From assembly GCA_027036135.1 (NCBI GenBank), contig JALVSY010000007.1, positions 1,124,880 through 1,188,879 of the forward strand: DNA of 64,000 nucleotides. The letters are read 5' to 3'. A model generated the notes under the pieces. The model had not been told where the DNA came from, searched no databases, and was given only the letters and a program-made list of their open reading frames with translations. This DNA is from Pyrodictiaceae archaeon (GTDB lineage Archaea > Thermoproteota > Thermoprotei_A > Sulfolobales > Pyrodictiaceae). A program made the position numbers and the translations under genes. Positions within the stretch are counted from its first letter, which is position 1. Each line of letters starts with the position of its first letter. Positions 48,561 through 58,987 of this stretch are shown here, one piece after another.

Positions 48561-49834
48561 GGTCTCTGCTCTCCTCCTTGCAGCTCCTCAAGCAAGGGGG
48601 CTAGGTCTCGTAGTATCTTCTCAAGGGTTCTCCGCGGCCTAGCGACGAGTAGGCACCTAGCCCGGGAAGAGGCTAGTGCCGAGAGCCTACGGAGAGCAGC
48701 GAGCTCCCGTGGGCCTAGTTTCCTGGGCCTAGCCTCTTCCTCTAGGAGGTTCCAATCGTAGCGAGTCCTCCACGCAGCCAGTAGCGCCTCGTACACTGTC
48801 TTTGCGGCTCGGTGTAGCTTGCCGGGGGCTGGCCTGTGCCTCGGCAGCTCCTCTACCAGGTCTACTAGGCCGCGTCGGTGCAGCGGGGAGGCTCTCTCCT
48901 CTTCCTCGGGGAGCGTTGCGGCCCCAATAGCCTCCCTCATGACGAGGTACATGGGCGCAGCTATAACCAGTGAGGCAGCGGCTAGCGCGCCCGGCAGCGC
49001 CTCCAATGCCTTGATTACTCGGTGCTCCTCTGCGCTTAGGTATGAGAGGGCCTCGATTATCAGTATTCCTGGGTGTATCTTGGTTGCCACCTCAGCGGCT
49101 GTGTACTCTTGTCGATAGAGATAGAGCGGGACGATGACCGTGGTGTTGCCTGGCTCCGCGCCCGCCAAGCTCATCAACATTGCTACTTCTCCTAGGGGGT
49201 TCAGCCCAGTCCCGTTCTCCGCCAATAGCACCGCATTGGTGAGCGCGTCGCTATCCGGTATGTAGACTAGTGTGTAGCTCGAGGAGTTGTAGACGAGTAG
49301 GCCTGGGAGCGCGTCGGGGTACGTGTAGCCCTCTATGCGCCACTTACCAGTAGGCTCCGTGACCATCACTGTGTGGAGGGCGAATAGCTCCCCGCTCCTT
49401 GTGAATACGACGTAGTCTCTCGGCGAGACACTATAGGTTATGGGCTGGCTTATCCCCAGCAAGCCAGCGAGGGAGGGGGCACAGAGGGACTCGTCGCTAA
49501 TCACTATGGAGACGTGCGCCCCGAGGCTAATGAGTCTCTCCACTTCGTTCACGAGCTGCTCGAGGCCTTGGGGGGAGCAGCGAGTAGGATTAGAGACAAG
49601 ATAGACAACACTCATCGAGCCGGTATTGCTTGCACAAGTCTCGAGCACCACGTCGTAGCCAAGCCTGGTCAGTAGCTTCACCAGCAGCGAGGAACCCCAA
49701 GGGGAATCATCATCGGGGCCGCCGATGTGGGTCCCATAGCCTATTGAGAGCCTCACAGCCTTCGGCGCAGCATAGATAGCCGCTACGAGGGCAACGACTA
49801 CTAGCCCTAGGATGAAGAGACGCTCGCCGAGCAA
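48536..49834 (-). CDS. DUF4350-like membrane-anchored protein
   Basis: N-terminal TM, SPWGSS motif, DSDALTN, second TM; operon context. Confidence 0.6.
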   Translation of the reverse strand: MLGERLFILGLVVVALVAAIYAAPKAVRLSIGYGTHIGGPDDDSPWGSSLLVKLLTRLGYDVVLETCASNTGSMSVVYLVSNPTRCSPQGLEQLVNEVERLISLGAHVSIVISDESLCAPSLAGLLGISQPITYSVSPRDYVVFTRSGELFALHTVMVTEPTGKWRIEGYTYPDALPGLLVYNSSSYTLVYIPDSDALTNAVLLAENGTGLNPLGEVAMLMSLAGAEPGNTTVIVPLYLYRQEYTAAEVATKIHPGILIIEALSYLSAEEHRVIKALEALPGALAAASLVIAAPMYLVMREAIGAATLPEEEERASPLHRRGLVDLVEELPRHRPAPGKLHRAAKTVYEALLAAWRTRYDWNLLEEEARPRKLGPRELAALRRLSALASSRARCLLVARPRRTLEKILRDLAPLLEELQGGEQRPWLTQGSA

Positions 49835-49836
49835 AG

Positions 49837-52800
49837 CTAGTCCCTTCCTCCAGTGAGCCTCTTGATCGCGTTCCTTATCCTCTCGAGATGCTTCTCCGTG
49901 ACGGGGTGGCTGCTGAACCTAGCCTCCTCGTACGCGAGAGCAGCGTCAGTCATCGTGCTTCTATCTGGCTCGGGGAAGCGGGCAACGTACTCGCGATGAG
50001 TCTCGCTGGGCTTACGGGGCCCATAAATCTGTGCAGCTACTCGTAGCAGCTTATCGAACTCCTTCACTACTCTTTCCCTGAGGCCCCGGGCCTGCTTCTC
50101 CCCGGAGACGCCTAGCCGAGAAGCAACTGGCTCAAGGGCTCTACGCAGCATGACTATCCTCTCAGGTTTCGATGAGAGCCATAAGAGGAGCATAGCGATA
50201 ACCAGTATGGAGCCGAGCAAGACCGCTGCTATACCCGCTACACCGCCCTGGCTAAGCCTGGGCACGCTTAGCCGGGGAGTGTGAAGAGTCATGGGGGCCG
50301 ATGTGTTTCCACTACTTGTCTCTATCCTGCCTTCCCTGTGGACGACGAGGACTTCTTCCCTCGGCTCCTGGCTGTGAAGCATGCTATGGATAAGCTTGTT
50401 CACTGTGCCCGGGTTAAGGTAGTTCAGTAGGGTTGAGACGTTCATCCCGCTCCGGCTTAGCTCTTGCAGGGCCTTGGCTGCCTCCTCGGGGTTGGAGCGC
50501 GTCATGTTCTCTAGTTGCCTTGCTGCCTCGCCTAGCCTTCCCTCCCGTATCAGCTTGATTAACTCGCCCACATCTATGCCCTGGCTGGCTGCTCCCCGGG
50601 CTCCTCTTCCTTGGCTCAGCACCGCGTTGGCTATACTCAGTATGCCTGGCTCGGGGTTCTCCTCGAGGAGGCGATTAAGCCTCTTAACAAGGGGTTTAAC
50701 CACTTGGGGCGGGTTCCCTGTAGATGCTATTCTCTTCGCCAAGGTTCTCGCTGCTGTCTCGTTGCCCTCTACGAGGCTCCTCGCCAGCTCCTCTAGCTCC
50801 TCGGCTAACTGGTTCTCGCCCTGCTTCCTCAGCTCCTGGGCAAGCTCGTCGAGTAACTGCTTAGCAGCAGCCACCTTAGAGGCCTCTTGGCCGCCGAGTG
50901 TCTCTACCTGCTCCAGGGTCTTCAATAGCTCTGCGACGCCTCTCTCTCCTAGGGCCTTCTTTATGAGCTCTGCTTCCTCTCCACCGCTCTCAATGGCTTC
51001 CCGGACCCTCTTCGCCAAGAGGACTGACTGGGGCAGGTTCCCGGTCTCGACACCCGTAGCTATCTTCTCGAGGGTCTCAGCTGCATGCGTGAGCTGTATA
51101 GAGACATTAGCATAGGCAGGCGTCCCTGCCGCTTCTCTTAGCCGGGCTGCTGCCTCCTCTAGGCCTCCTAGGCTCTCCTTGACGAGCACCCTTGTGTTAA
51201 CCGGATAGGGTGTCTGCACTAGTCCTAGGGCCCAGTATGCCAGCACGGGGTTCTTCTCCGAGACCTGTTTAACGGCGCTGCGCAGCTCAGCGACATTGTC
51301 TACTAGGAGCCTTGCTAGCCCCATCGCGTAGGCATAGTTTATGACGAGCCTTCCACCCATTACCCGTATAGAGGCATACCTCGTATAGTAGCCGAGCCAC
51401 TTAACCAGATCCTCGGGGCTTCTTATCTCCCTAGCGGCACTTATGGCCTGGCTAAGGGCAACCGATAATATCGCGTAGCGTAGCGGGTCACTACCCGGTC
51501 TAATACCGGCGCGCCTAGCTATTATCGCGGCATCCGACTGCTCTATGTAGCCTAGCAAGCCACGCTCATAGGTGTTTATAGCGGCTAGGACTATCACGGC
51601 TGGCCATGGATGAGCCACGCTAGTAGCATAGCTAGCTAGTGCTTCAACACCCTTCTCGCTAAGCAGGCTAACCGCTTCCTCGGCCCCCGGCATCGCTATG
51701 CCGCTCGAGCCGAGTATCCAGGGGTCAAGCGGCACAAAGGGATCTAGGACGAGAACCGTGAGAGCTACACTGGTTACATAGCTCGGCGCCAGGGCTATGA
51801 GGGCCGAGGCCTCGCCGCCCACGGTACTCCAGTTAATCGGGTTAAACCCTGCTCTAAGAATTGCTTCTCGTAGCTCGTCGAAGGGCTCGGCACTGGGCAA
51901 GGGGCTACTGGGGCCTCGGAGCAACTTGTCGCGGGGAATGGCTAGGGCGAGGCCGAGGGGCACAGTATACTCCTCGTCACCGATGAGCAGGCGCACAGGG
52001 AGGGCATGGTGGCGGGCAATGTAGCCCAGCACGCTAGGCGCTAGAGCACCAACCCCGCTAACGGTTACGCCTCCTGCTCCTAGCTCTACTACTCGGTTAA
52101 GGAGACGAGAGTATAGAGGGTAAGCAGCGGTGCTGAGCACGGCTAGCGCGGCAGCTCTCACATAGTCTCCTCGGGCAAGGCTCTCATTGACTAACCTCAC
52201 TAATTGCTCTGGCTCGCTAGCCGAGTAGCTAGGAGCAATAATGGCTAGCATCCTCCTAGCCGTGACGGGGCTGAGGCTAGCCGGGTTCACTAGAGCTGCT
52301 ACCAGCTCTAGGCCGGGCTCGTCGAGAAGCAGCACCATTCTCCAGTAATCCTTGTCGGGGACGCCGCTAAGCGCGGCAGTCAGCGCCATGCCGTGGATAG
52401 CGGAGTAGACGTCAACTCCCTTTGCTATCTCTCGGGGGTAGTAGGTGAACACGATGCTCCTCACATCACTGCTTGCCCCGGCGTAGCGTAGGTTGTTAAG
52501 GAGTATTGCTGCTAGGCGCTGAACAATCTTCGCAGGATCAACCACGCCTAGGCCCAGCGGGGTAGGACTCATGGAGGCAACAAGGTATACGTGGTAAAGA
52601 AGACTACTAGGACAACTATACGGCGGAGGACTCGTTGCCAAGAGGGAGACGAGGGTCTCCAACGCGAGTCTCTTCTCGTCAAGGCTAGTATTCGAGGCAA
52701 GGACACTGGCTACCCATAGTGCTCGCTGTGTAGCGTTGCCCGGCCAATTAGTGGTACAGTTAACTAGTGCCTCTAGGTAGCTAGCTGCCTCCCCGTACCC

Positions 52801-52986
52801 TATCACGCCGAGAGTATACTGGGCTAGGAGAGCGCGGAACCGCTTAGCCAGCTGCTCCACAACACCCTGCTCATTCTCGCTAGCAGCTAGTGCTCCCAGC
52901 TCTGAGCCTAGCAGAGCAACCAGAAGCAGTAGCGCGAGTACTACTCGCCTACTAGTCCTCTTCACTGCTATGGCGAGGCCCCTCAT
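49837..52986 (-). CDS. Large secreted/membrane-anchored protein with C-terminal DUF4129-like domain
   Basis: Signal peptide, TM near C-terminus, PSETHREY...YEEARFS. Confidence 0.75.
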   Translation of the reverse strand: MRGLAIAVKRTSRRVVLALLLLVALLGSELGALAASENEQGVVEQLAKRFRALLAQYTLGVIGYGEAASYLEALVNCTTNWPGNATQRALWVASVLASNTSLDEKRLALETLVSLLATSPPPYSCPSSLLYHVYLVASMSPTPLGLGVVDPAKIVQRLAAILLNNLRYAGASSDVRSIVFTYYPREIAKGVDVYSAIHGMALTAALSGVPDKDYWRMVLLLDEPGLELVAALVNPASLSPVTARRMLAIIAPSYSASEPEQLVRLVNESLARGDYVRAAALAVLSTAAYPLYSRLLNRVVELGAGGVTVSGVGALAPSVLGYIARHHALPVRLLIGDEEYTVPLGLALAIPRDKLLRGPSSPLPSAEPFDELREAILRAGFNPINWSTVGGEASALIALAPSYVTSVALTVLVLDPFVPLDPWILGSSGIAMPGAEEAVSLLSEKGVEALASYATSVAHPWPAVIVLAAINTYERGLLGYIEQSDAAIIARRAGIRPGSDPLRYAILSVALSQAISAAREIRSPEDLVKWLGYYTRYASIRVMGGRLVINYAYAMGLARLLVDNVAELRSAVKQVSEKNPVLAYWALGLVQTPYPVNTRVLVKESLGGLEEAAARLREAAGTPAYANVSIQLTHAAETLEKIATGVETGNLPQSVLLAKRVREAIESGGEEAELIKKALGERGVAELLKTLEQVETLGGQEASKVAAAKQLLDELAQELRKQGENQLAEELEELARSLVEGNETAARTLAKRIASTGNPPQVVKPLVKRLNRLLEENPEPGILSIANAVLSQGRGARGAASQGIDVGELIKLIREGRLGEAARQLENMTRSNPEEAAKALQELSRSGMNVSTLLNYLNPGTVNKLIHSMLHSQEPREEVLVVHREGRIETSSGNTSAPMTLHTPRLSVPRLSQGGVAGIAAVLLGSILVIAMLLLWLSSKPERIVMLRRALEPVASRLGVSGEKQARGLRERVVKEFDKLLRVAAQIYGPRKPSETHREYVARFPEPDRSTMTDAALAYEEARFSSHPVTEKHLERIRNAIKRLTGGRD

Positions 52987-53045
52987 AGATACATGGTTAC
53001 ACAGGGGACTAGTCTAATCACTCTTTCGCCGCGCTAATCCCTTCC

Positions 53046-53891
53046 TTACTCTCTTGGAAGGAGCTGGGCTAGCGCCACGAGGCCCGCTCCCATGGCGAAC
53101 CTCGTCGTAACCGGCTCGTGGAACAACAAGACCCCCCATGTAACGGCTAGTACTAGCTCGAGCGTCGCTGCGACAGAGGCGCGGTGGGCAGAGACTCCTA
53201 GGCTTAGCCCCTTGTAGAAAAATATGTAGGATAAGTGGCTAATCACTATGGCTAGGTAAGCGACTGCTACGAGACAAGCACTCGTCACCACGACGTTGCC
53301 GCGGATAAGCGCTATGGGCAGCGCCCCGAGCAGGAGCCATAGCTGCACACCAGCAGCAAGCGAGACCGGGTCGAGGCCCCTGGCGAGCCTAGAGGAGGCA
53401 TAGATAGAGGCACCGTACAGAGCACCGCTCAGGAGACCCACAAGGTAACCAATACCAGTTATGGGGCCCCCGGCCTCGGCCTCAAGGGCTATGAGCCCCG
53501 CCCCCGCTAGGACTAGGAGGGAGGCAACAAGCCCCCTGATACACGGCCTCTTCTTCTCCAAGACAAGCTGATAGACAAGGACCCAGAGAGGAGCAGTGTA
53601 GAGCAAAACCTCCTCCCTGGCAACACCGAGGTAGTCCACGCCGTAGTAGAACGAGGCATAGAACGGAGCGAATACGGCAGCGCCGAGAAACACGACCCTC
53701 GTATCAAGGACTACGTGGACCCGATAAACACCGGCCAGGACCCCCAGGACAGTGATAAGCGCGGCTAGTGCCTGCCTGCCGAGCAGGACCCCGCTCGGCG
53801 AGCAGCCCCCAAGGTAGCCATACTTTGTCGCGACAGCTATTGTTGACCAGGTAGCAGCTGCTAGGTATACGTAGAGAATGGCGCGCCGCAT
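53046..53891 (-). CDS. EamA/DMT-family transporter
   Basis: ~10 TM; LLYTAPLWV, LELVLAV.WGVLLFHE. Confidence 0.88.
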   Translation of the reverse strand: MRRAILYVYLAAATWSTIAVATKYGYLGGCSPSGVLLGRQALAALITVLGVLAGVYRVHVVLDTRVVFLGAAVFAPFYASFYYGVDYLGVAREEVLLYTAPLWVLVYQLVLEKKRPCIRGLVASLLVLAGAGLIALEAEAGGPITGIGYLVGLLSGALYGASIYASSRLARGLDPVSLAAGVQLWLLLGALPIALIRGNVVVTSACLVAVAYLAIVISHLSYIFFYKGLSLGVSAHRASVAATLELVLAVTWGVLLFHEPVTTRFAMGAGLVALAQLLPRE

Positions 53892-54089
53892 CCCAGCCCT
53901 TGCTCCCAGGAGGACCTAGTGAGGCAATGAGGCCTTATAAGGAGCGAGGAGAGGATAAGCTAGTCCACAATTATACTAGGGGAGCCCCGTGGGAACAAGG
54001 CCTCGCCGGGGACAGGTAAGGAGCAATGAGCTTGTGCAGGGGAGTGTTTATAGATATCCACCGATAGCTCCCAGTATTATGGGGCCTCA

Positions 54090-54698
54090 TTGCCACTATG
54101 TAAACCAGTTAAGCTAAGCCCCGATACACGTGTCGATGCCTACGTCTTCGGCCACGTGACCCGGGCATATGGTGTCAAGAGGTACTATGCTGGCTACCCC
54201 GAGGACCTAATCATCATAGACCGGTACATGTACGTAGTCAAGATGCCTATCGGGGTCGCAGAGGACAAGAGGATAAAGATGGTATTCGTGCTAAGAGCCT
54301 ACATCGGCGACAAGGTTATAAGATTCAATGACTGCTGGCTTGTCAGGGTATCAGCACCGTTCCCCATCTATCACCCGCTCAACTTCAAGAGGGCATTGAT
54401 ACCCTACAAGGTCTACAATGGCTGGGTGATGAAGCTTTATCGAAGAAGGATAGACGAGGTAGTGTTCCTCGCGAGCAGCAAGGAGATAGCAGAGGAGATA
54501 TCGTGGAGAATAATGGTTGGTAGACGAGTACGCACCCTGGCTTATCGCTACCTCTACCCGGTTGCGTGCTATAAGTGCCCCAAGAGCCTCCTAGTATACG
54601 ATAAGCCCGTGGAGCGCAGCACATTCTATGCAAAGTACCCCGAGGACTCCCGGGAAGAAGAGACCCCGGGGAAGAGGCTAGCGGGCAAGAAGGCCTAG
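54090..54698 (+). CDS. Hypothetical protein (basic, Tyr-rich)
   Basis: 202-aa ORF; TTTATA ~40 bp upstream. Confidence 0.6.
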   Translation: MPLCKPVKLSPDTRVDAYVFGHVTRAYGVKRYYAGYPEDLIIIDRYMYVVKMPIGVAEDKRIKMVFVLRAYIGDKVIRFNDCWLVRVSAPFPIYHPLNFKRALIPYKVYNGWVMKLYRRRIDEVVFLASSKEIAEEISWRIMVGRRVRTLAYRYLYPVACYKCPKSLLVYDKPVERSTFYAKYPEDSREEETPGKRLAGKKA

Positions 54699-55694
54699 TT
54701 TCTGAACCATCTCGGGGAGAGGCATGGGCTCCAGGGACCACTTCTTCTCAAGGGGGTTATACATCTCCACCGGTATTATCACGCCAAACCCCGTCGTTAT
54801 CACGCCGGTATAGATTATACAGTCTCCTAGCTTCCTCCTAACAGTCTCCGTCTCCTCGTCCCCGAGCACCATTACTGTCGCAGCTGTCTCCTCTCCCACA
54901 AAGATACTTGGAGAGGAGCGGGTTGAGGCAATGACCTCGTAGAGCTCTGTATAGCAGTCTCGCTTAACCTTCATGTAGAGAGGTATTACGCGGGGATTAT
55001 TTAGGCGGGGTACCGCGAGCAATAATACCCTGCCAATAACCCCTGCCTCGCTTAGCCTGCGATACGCCTTAGACAACTTGCTATAGCTGAGCCGGTGTCC
55101 AGGTATCCTCTTATCCAGTCTCTCCCAGTACACGACATTGATATCCGTGAGGTCCTGGAGAGACATGAGCGGCTCACGGTCTAGGAGAGCGTAGAGCAGG
55201 AGATCCAAGAGGCTAGGCTTGTAGTTCTCTGGTAGTCCCCTTATCCTCGCCACTATATCCTTGCATGGGTAGACGGGTATAGTCACTCCTGGCTCTGGCT
55301 CACCCAGCTTGCTCAGCTCATCGAGGAACTCGTCGAAGAGCTCCCTTGGAGCCAAGTAGCTGTAGACATGCTGGTTATCAAGCGTGGCTCGGTATGAGTA
55401 GAGGTAGCGATATAGCGGCACCTTCCCAACGAGGTCGCGCATCATCCTTATCTCGCCGAGGGGCTTATCAGAGTGAATAACAACGGTTTGCAGCCCGAGC
55501 GGCCTTAGGTCACGTATATGCTGGGGCCAGAGCTCCATGCCTTTCTCTCGTAGCTTCCTCAGTATCTGCCGAACATAGTTCACCGAGGAGTGTAGCCTTT
55601 TAGCTATCAGCTCGGCCTCTAGCCTGAAATCATAGCAGGCTATTAGGTCTGCTACCTCCTTCTCTCGGGGCGTTAGCCAGCTCATACCACTCAA
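54678..55694 (-). CDS. HTH transcriptional regulator (tandem Lrp/AsnC-like architecture)
   Basis: LTPREKEV..IAKRLHSSVNYVRQILRKLREKG; second HTH-like segment LDLLLYALL..KAYRRLSEAG. Confidence 0.6.
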   Translation of the reverse strand: MSGMSWLTPREKEVADLIACYDFRLEAELIAKRLHSSVNYVRQILRKLREKGMELWPQHIRDLRPLGLQTVVIHSDKPLGEIRMMRDLVGKVPLYRYLYSYRATLDNQHVYSYLAPRELFDEFLDELSKLGEPEPGVTIPVYPCKDIVARIRGLPENYKPSLLDLLLYALLDREPLMSLQDLTDINVVYWERLDKRIPGHRLSYSKLSKAYRRLSEAGVIGRVLLLAVPRLNNPRVIPLYMKVKRDCYTELYEVIASTRSSPSIFVGEETAATVMVLGDEETETVRRKLGDCIIYTGVITTGFGVIIPVEMYNPLEKKWSLEPMPLPEMVQKLGLLAR

Positions 55695-56003
55695 CTCTTA
55701 GGGCACGTGTTTCTCCGAAATACCTTGCTATCTAGCCAGTAAGGGCCAGGGGGCCTTCCTGGGGTGAACGAGAAGGCGCCATCACTATACTTGTCGCTGG
55801 GGCTGTGTTTATGCATTAAGTTTTCAAGAGTGCTTCTTGTATCTGAGAGAAATGCTTAAAAGTTAGCAAATCCTATTCCATAGGCTCTCCATGTCTATAC
55901 CCGGCTCAGTATTGAGGCACAAATAATAGCTAATATCTGAAAATTTAAGCTGGACTAATACTTAAAGCCACTACACCAGTATTCTCTGCCTGGGTGAGCC
56001 TCT

Positions 56004-56384
56004 ATGCCAGGACTACGTCGCGTAAAAGAACTGATAGCATCCCTGCTAAAACGCTACCCGGGACTACGTGAGCGGAGACGCCTACAACTAACATATACTG
56101 CCGTTAAGAGCCTCGAGGAGCGAGGAGAAAAAATCACCCTGGAAAACGTGGTCAAGGAGGCTAGGAGAATAATAGAGGAAACAGGAAAGGACATAGACTG
56201 GGGCATAAAGCCGGACGAGTACACAGAGGAAATAGCTGCTCCTCTCCTCCACGAACTAGCTGAGATGGGCGTCATTGAGTTGTCGCCGGAACTACTAAGC
56301 GAGATCGCTAAGAGGCTGAGAAAGCGAGCCGAGACAGAGACCACACCCATTACGGGAATAGCGGTGTTCACTAGGCCGGTGTAA
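56004..56384 (+). CDS. Hypothetical protein
   Basis: 126-aa charged helical ORF; TTAAAG element upstream. Confidence 0.65.
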   Translation: MPGLRRVKELIASLLKRYPGLRERRRLQLTYTAVKSLEERGEKITLENVVKEARRIIEETGKDIDWGIKPDEYTEEIAAPLLHELAEMGVIELSPELLSEIAKRLRKRAETETTPITGIAVFTRPV

Positions 56385-56455
56385 CGTGGTTTCTTTTTCA
56401 CAGCGCTTATTTTATCAACCCGGCCTCGCCTTTTCCTCTTACTAGGTGCCTCGTA

Positions 56456-58942
56456 GTGCATAGAGCGGTTCTCCTATCACTACTCGCCGCCGTAGCGTTG
56501 TCCATAGCGGCTCCTGCAGCTAGTGCCTCGGCGAGAAAGGATAACGTAATTATTCTCAGCGGTATCGCTGGGCCCGATGGCCTCGCCTTTGTACACGCTG
56601 TGCTTCCTCCAGGCAAGTACCGTGTCGCCTCTATAGCAGGCGCCGAGGAGTCTCCACGAGCCGCTGCATCGGCGCCTATGCTGCTCAGCTTCCTACCCGA
56701 CCCGTCGCTGTGGCAGCGGCTTAGAGACGTACCAGTAGTGGGGCCACTGTTTACCCCGGTTACGCGCTTCTTCGATACTGGTAGCGGCGTGGAGTTTGTT
56801 GCCTGGATCCCAGCCAAGCCCGGAGCAAGGGTAAGCATTGTATTGGAAAAGCTCGGCTCAGGCAAGACCAGTACAGCTAGGCACGAGGGAATGGTGATAA
56901 TTGTCCCGGATAACCCATTATTACTAGCTGCTGCTAAGAAGATAGCCAGACTACATGAGAAGCAAGGTATCAGTGTAAGGATAGTCACTACCAGCTATAT
57001 CTACCGCAACTACAAGCCAGCGAAGCCCCCGGTAACTATGTGCAAGAACTTGCCAAAAGAGTATAATGTGAGCCTCGCGCTACGAATACTATCCTTTGTC
57101 AAGAGCCTCAAAGGCACCAACGTGAAGTACATATTACTGATAGGTAATGCGAGAGACGTGCCCCCAATATACTACTGTAGCCCAACGCTCCGCGAACTCA
57201 TAGGTCCGAAGGAAGGCATTGTGCCCAGTGATTATTATTACGCCGACCCAGACGGCAATGGGGTAGTGGACTTCGCGGTCGGGAGAATACCATTCAGCGA
57301 CCCCGCGAAAGTGATGGCATACATCAATAGCCTTGAGGCATGGATTAAGGGAGGCAGCTGGCTGCACAAGGCTTTCCTTGCCGGGGGCGCCCCCTTTGCC
57401 ACAGACCTCTTCGTCGGCGAGTCAGCCGTCCTCTCAACACTTAGCGAGATAGGAAGCCTCGGCCTAAAAGTCTCCGAGCTACTGCTGAGCACCCCAGGCT
57501 ACTCCGCTACGAGCTTCTCAGAGTTCATAGGCAAGTATGGTCTCTACTACCTAGTTGTCCACGGCACAGGCAACGCCATGCTCGACTACGTTCCCGGCGG
57601 GCTCTGGAACTACAACTTTGAGGAAAAGCTAACAGCTAAACAAATACCCTACACGAGCCACCCCGGCGTCTACCTCACGCCAGCGTGCCGAGTCGCTTAC
57701 TGGGACTACGACTTATTCAACCCGCCCTTTACTCCACCGAGTATAGCCGTGGCGATGCTTGAGCGCGGAGCAGCTGTAGCGTTCATAGGCCCTAGCCGCG
57801 TAGCGGTGGAGGCGATAGACGCTGTACAGCTAGGGCTAGGCGGTGCCTCTCTCAGCTTCGCTGGGGCCGATGCTCCTCTCCAGCTCTTCCTAGGCATGCT
57901 TCCAGGCTCAGAGACTCTCGGAGAGGCATGGATGAGAGCCCTAAACGCTTACTTGGCATCCCCTAAGAGCAAGTACAAGATCTACCTCACGAGTGGAGAG
58001 GAGGAGATAGGGAGCTTGATAGTCCACGAAATGGAGTTCCTCGGTGACCCCGCAGCCCCTAACCCGTGGAGCAAGGCAACCGGATCCACGGGCACAGTCC
58101 CCGCGATGATTCCTCCCTTGGGCTCGATCAATGTAGATGCCTCGGTGATAGCAATGCCCCTAGCAAGGTACGTCACTGGGGTACTCCCGGCTTATAATCC
58201 TGGCCCAGAGACGAGCATAAGCTTCACAATAAGCCATAGCTGCCCCGAGGACATTGAGGCAAAGGCACTGGTAAGGATAGAGGGCTACCTCCTTATAGGG
58301 CTCCGAGACATAAGGGTAAATGCCTCAGCCACGGACAATGGTTGCAGAGTAACGCTCAGCGTCCCATGGAACTCCCCGGGCGTCGTAAGGGTGCTAGCGC
58401 TGTGGAACAACACTGCTGCTGCCTACTACCTAGTCGTCGCCGGAGCCTACCTAGACAAGGAGCATGATACGCTGGTTCTACGCGGCCTAGACGTCCTAGA
58501 AACCATAGGGGATGAACCTCTGCTCGTGGAGCTAAATAACACCGTGAGAACCGTAGTGCCGGGCGGAGCTACTAGCTACAATATATCACTAGGCCTCCTT
58601 ACTCCGAGGAAACAAGGCCTCTATAAAGTGTCGGTTATACCGGCTTATCGCTACGACGTGATATACGGCGGAGAATTAGTAGCGAAGGCTATTCAAGAGC
58701 TGAGAAGCCTTTATACAGTCACATTTAACAACACGGCGCCCGTCATGGGGCATACAAGTACACCGATGTTCAACGAGAAAAAGCCAAGTATACCATTGTT
58801 ATCAAGCCTGGCATCCACAGGGACAGCTGTACCGAACAAGGAGAAGCCGCTAATGAGCCAAGACTACGCAAAGGCTATAATAGGGCTCCTCTCGATAACG
58901 ATATTCCTCCTCTCGCTCCTGCTTATCACGAGGAGGCACTAG
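56456..58942 (+). CDS. Peptidase C25 (gingipain-family) cell-surface protease
   Basis: Signal peptide; YILLIG..VP, SDYYYAD, VGRIP, HG, AC (His/Cys dyad), FLGDP; C-terminal TM plus RRH. Confidence 0.85.
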   Translation: MHRAVLLSLLAAVALSIAAPAASASARKDNVIILSGIAGPDGLAFVHAVLPPGKYRVASIAGAEESPRAAASAPMLLSFLPDPSLWQRLRDVPVVGPLFTPVTRFFDTGSGVEFVAWIPAKPGARVSIVLEKLGSGKTSTARHEGMVIIVPDNPLLLAAAKKIARLHEKQGISVRIVTTSYIYRNYKPAKPPVTMCKNLPKEYNVSLALRILSFVKSLKGTNVKYILLIGNARDVPPIYYCSPTLRELIGPKEGIVPSDYYYADPDGNGVVDFAVGRIPFSDPAKVMAYINSLEAWIKGGSWLHKAFLAGGAPFATDLFVGESAVLSTLSEIGSLGLKVSELLLSTPGYSATSFSEFIGKYGLYYLVVHGTGNAMLDYVPGGLWNYNFEEKLTAKQIPYTSHPGVYLTPACRVAYWDYDLFNPPFTPPSIAVAMLERGAAVAFIGPSRVAVEAIDAVQLGLGGASLSFAGADAPLQLFLGMLPGSETLGEAWMRALNAYLASPKSKYKIYLTSGEEEIGSLIVHEMEFLGDPAAPNPWSKATGSTGTVPAMIPPLGSINVDASVIAMPLARYVTGVLPAYNPGPETSISFTISHSCPEDIEAKALVRIEGYLLIGLRDIRVNASATDNGCRVTLSVPWNSPGVVRVLALWNNTAAAYYLVVAGAYLDKEHDTLVLRGLDVLETIGDEPLLVELNNTVRTVVPGGATSYNISLGLLTPRKQGLYKVSVIPAYRYDVIYGGELVAKAIQELRSLYTVTFNNTAPVMGHTSTPMFNEKKPSIPLLSSLASTGTAVPNKEKPLMSQDYAKAIIGLLSITIFLLSLLLITRRH

Positions 58943-58987
58943 CCCGGAGGGGCTTGTTTTTAGACCAGGCACCATTCTAGGCTCTCT

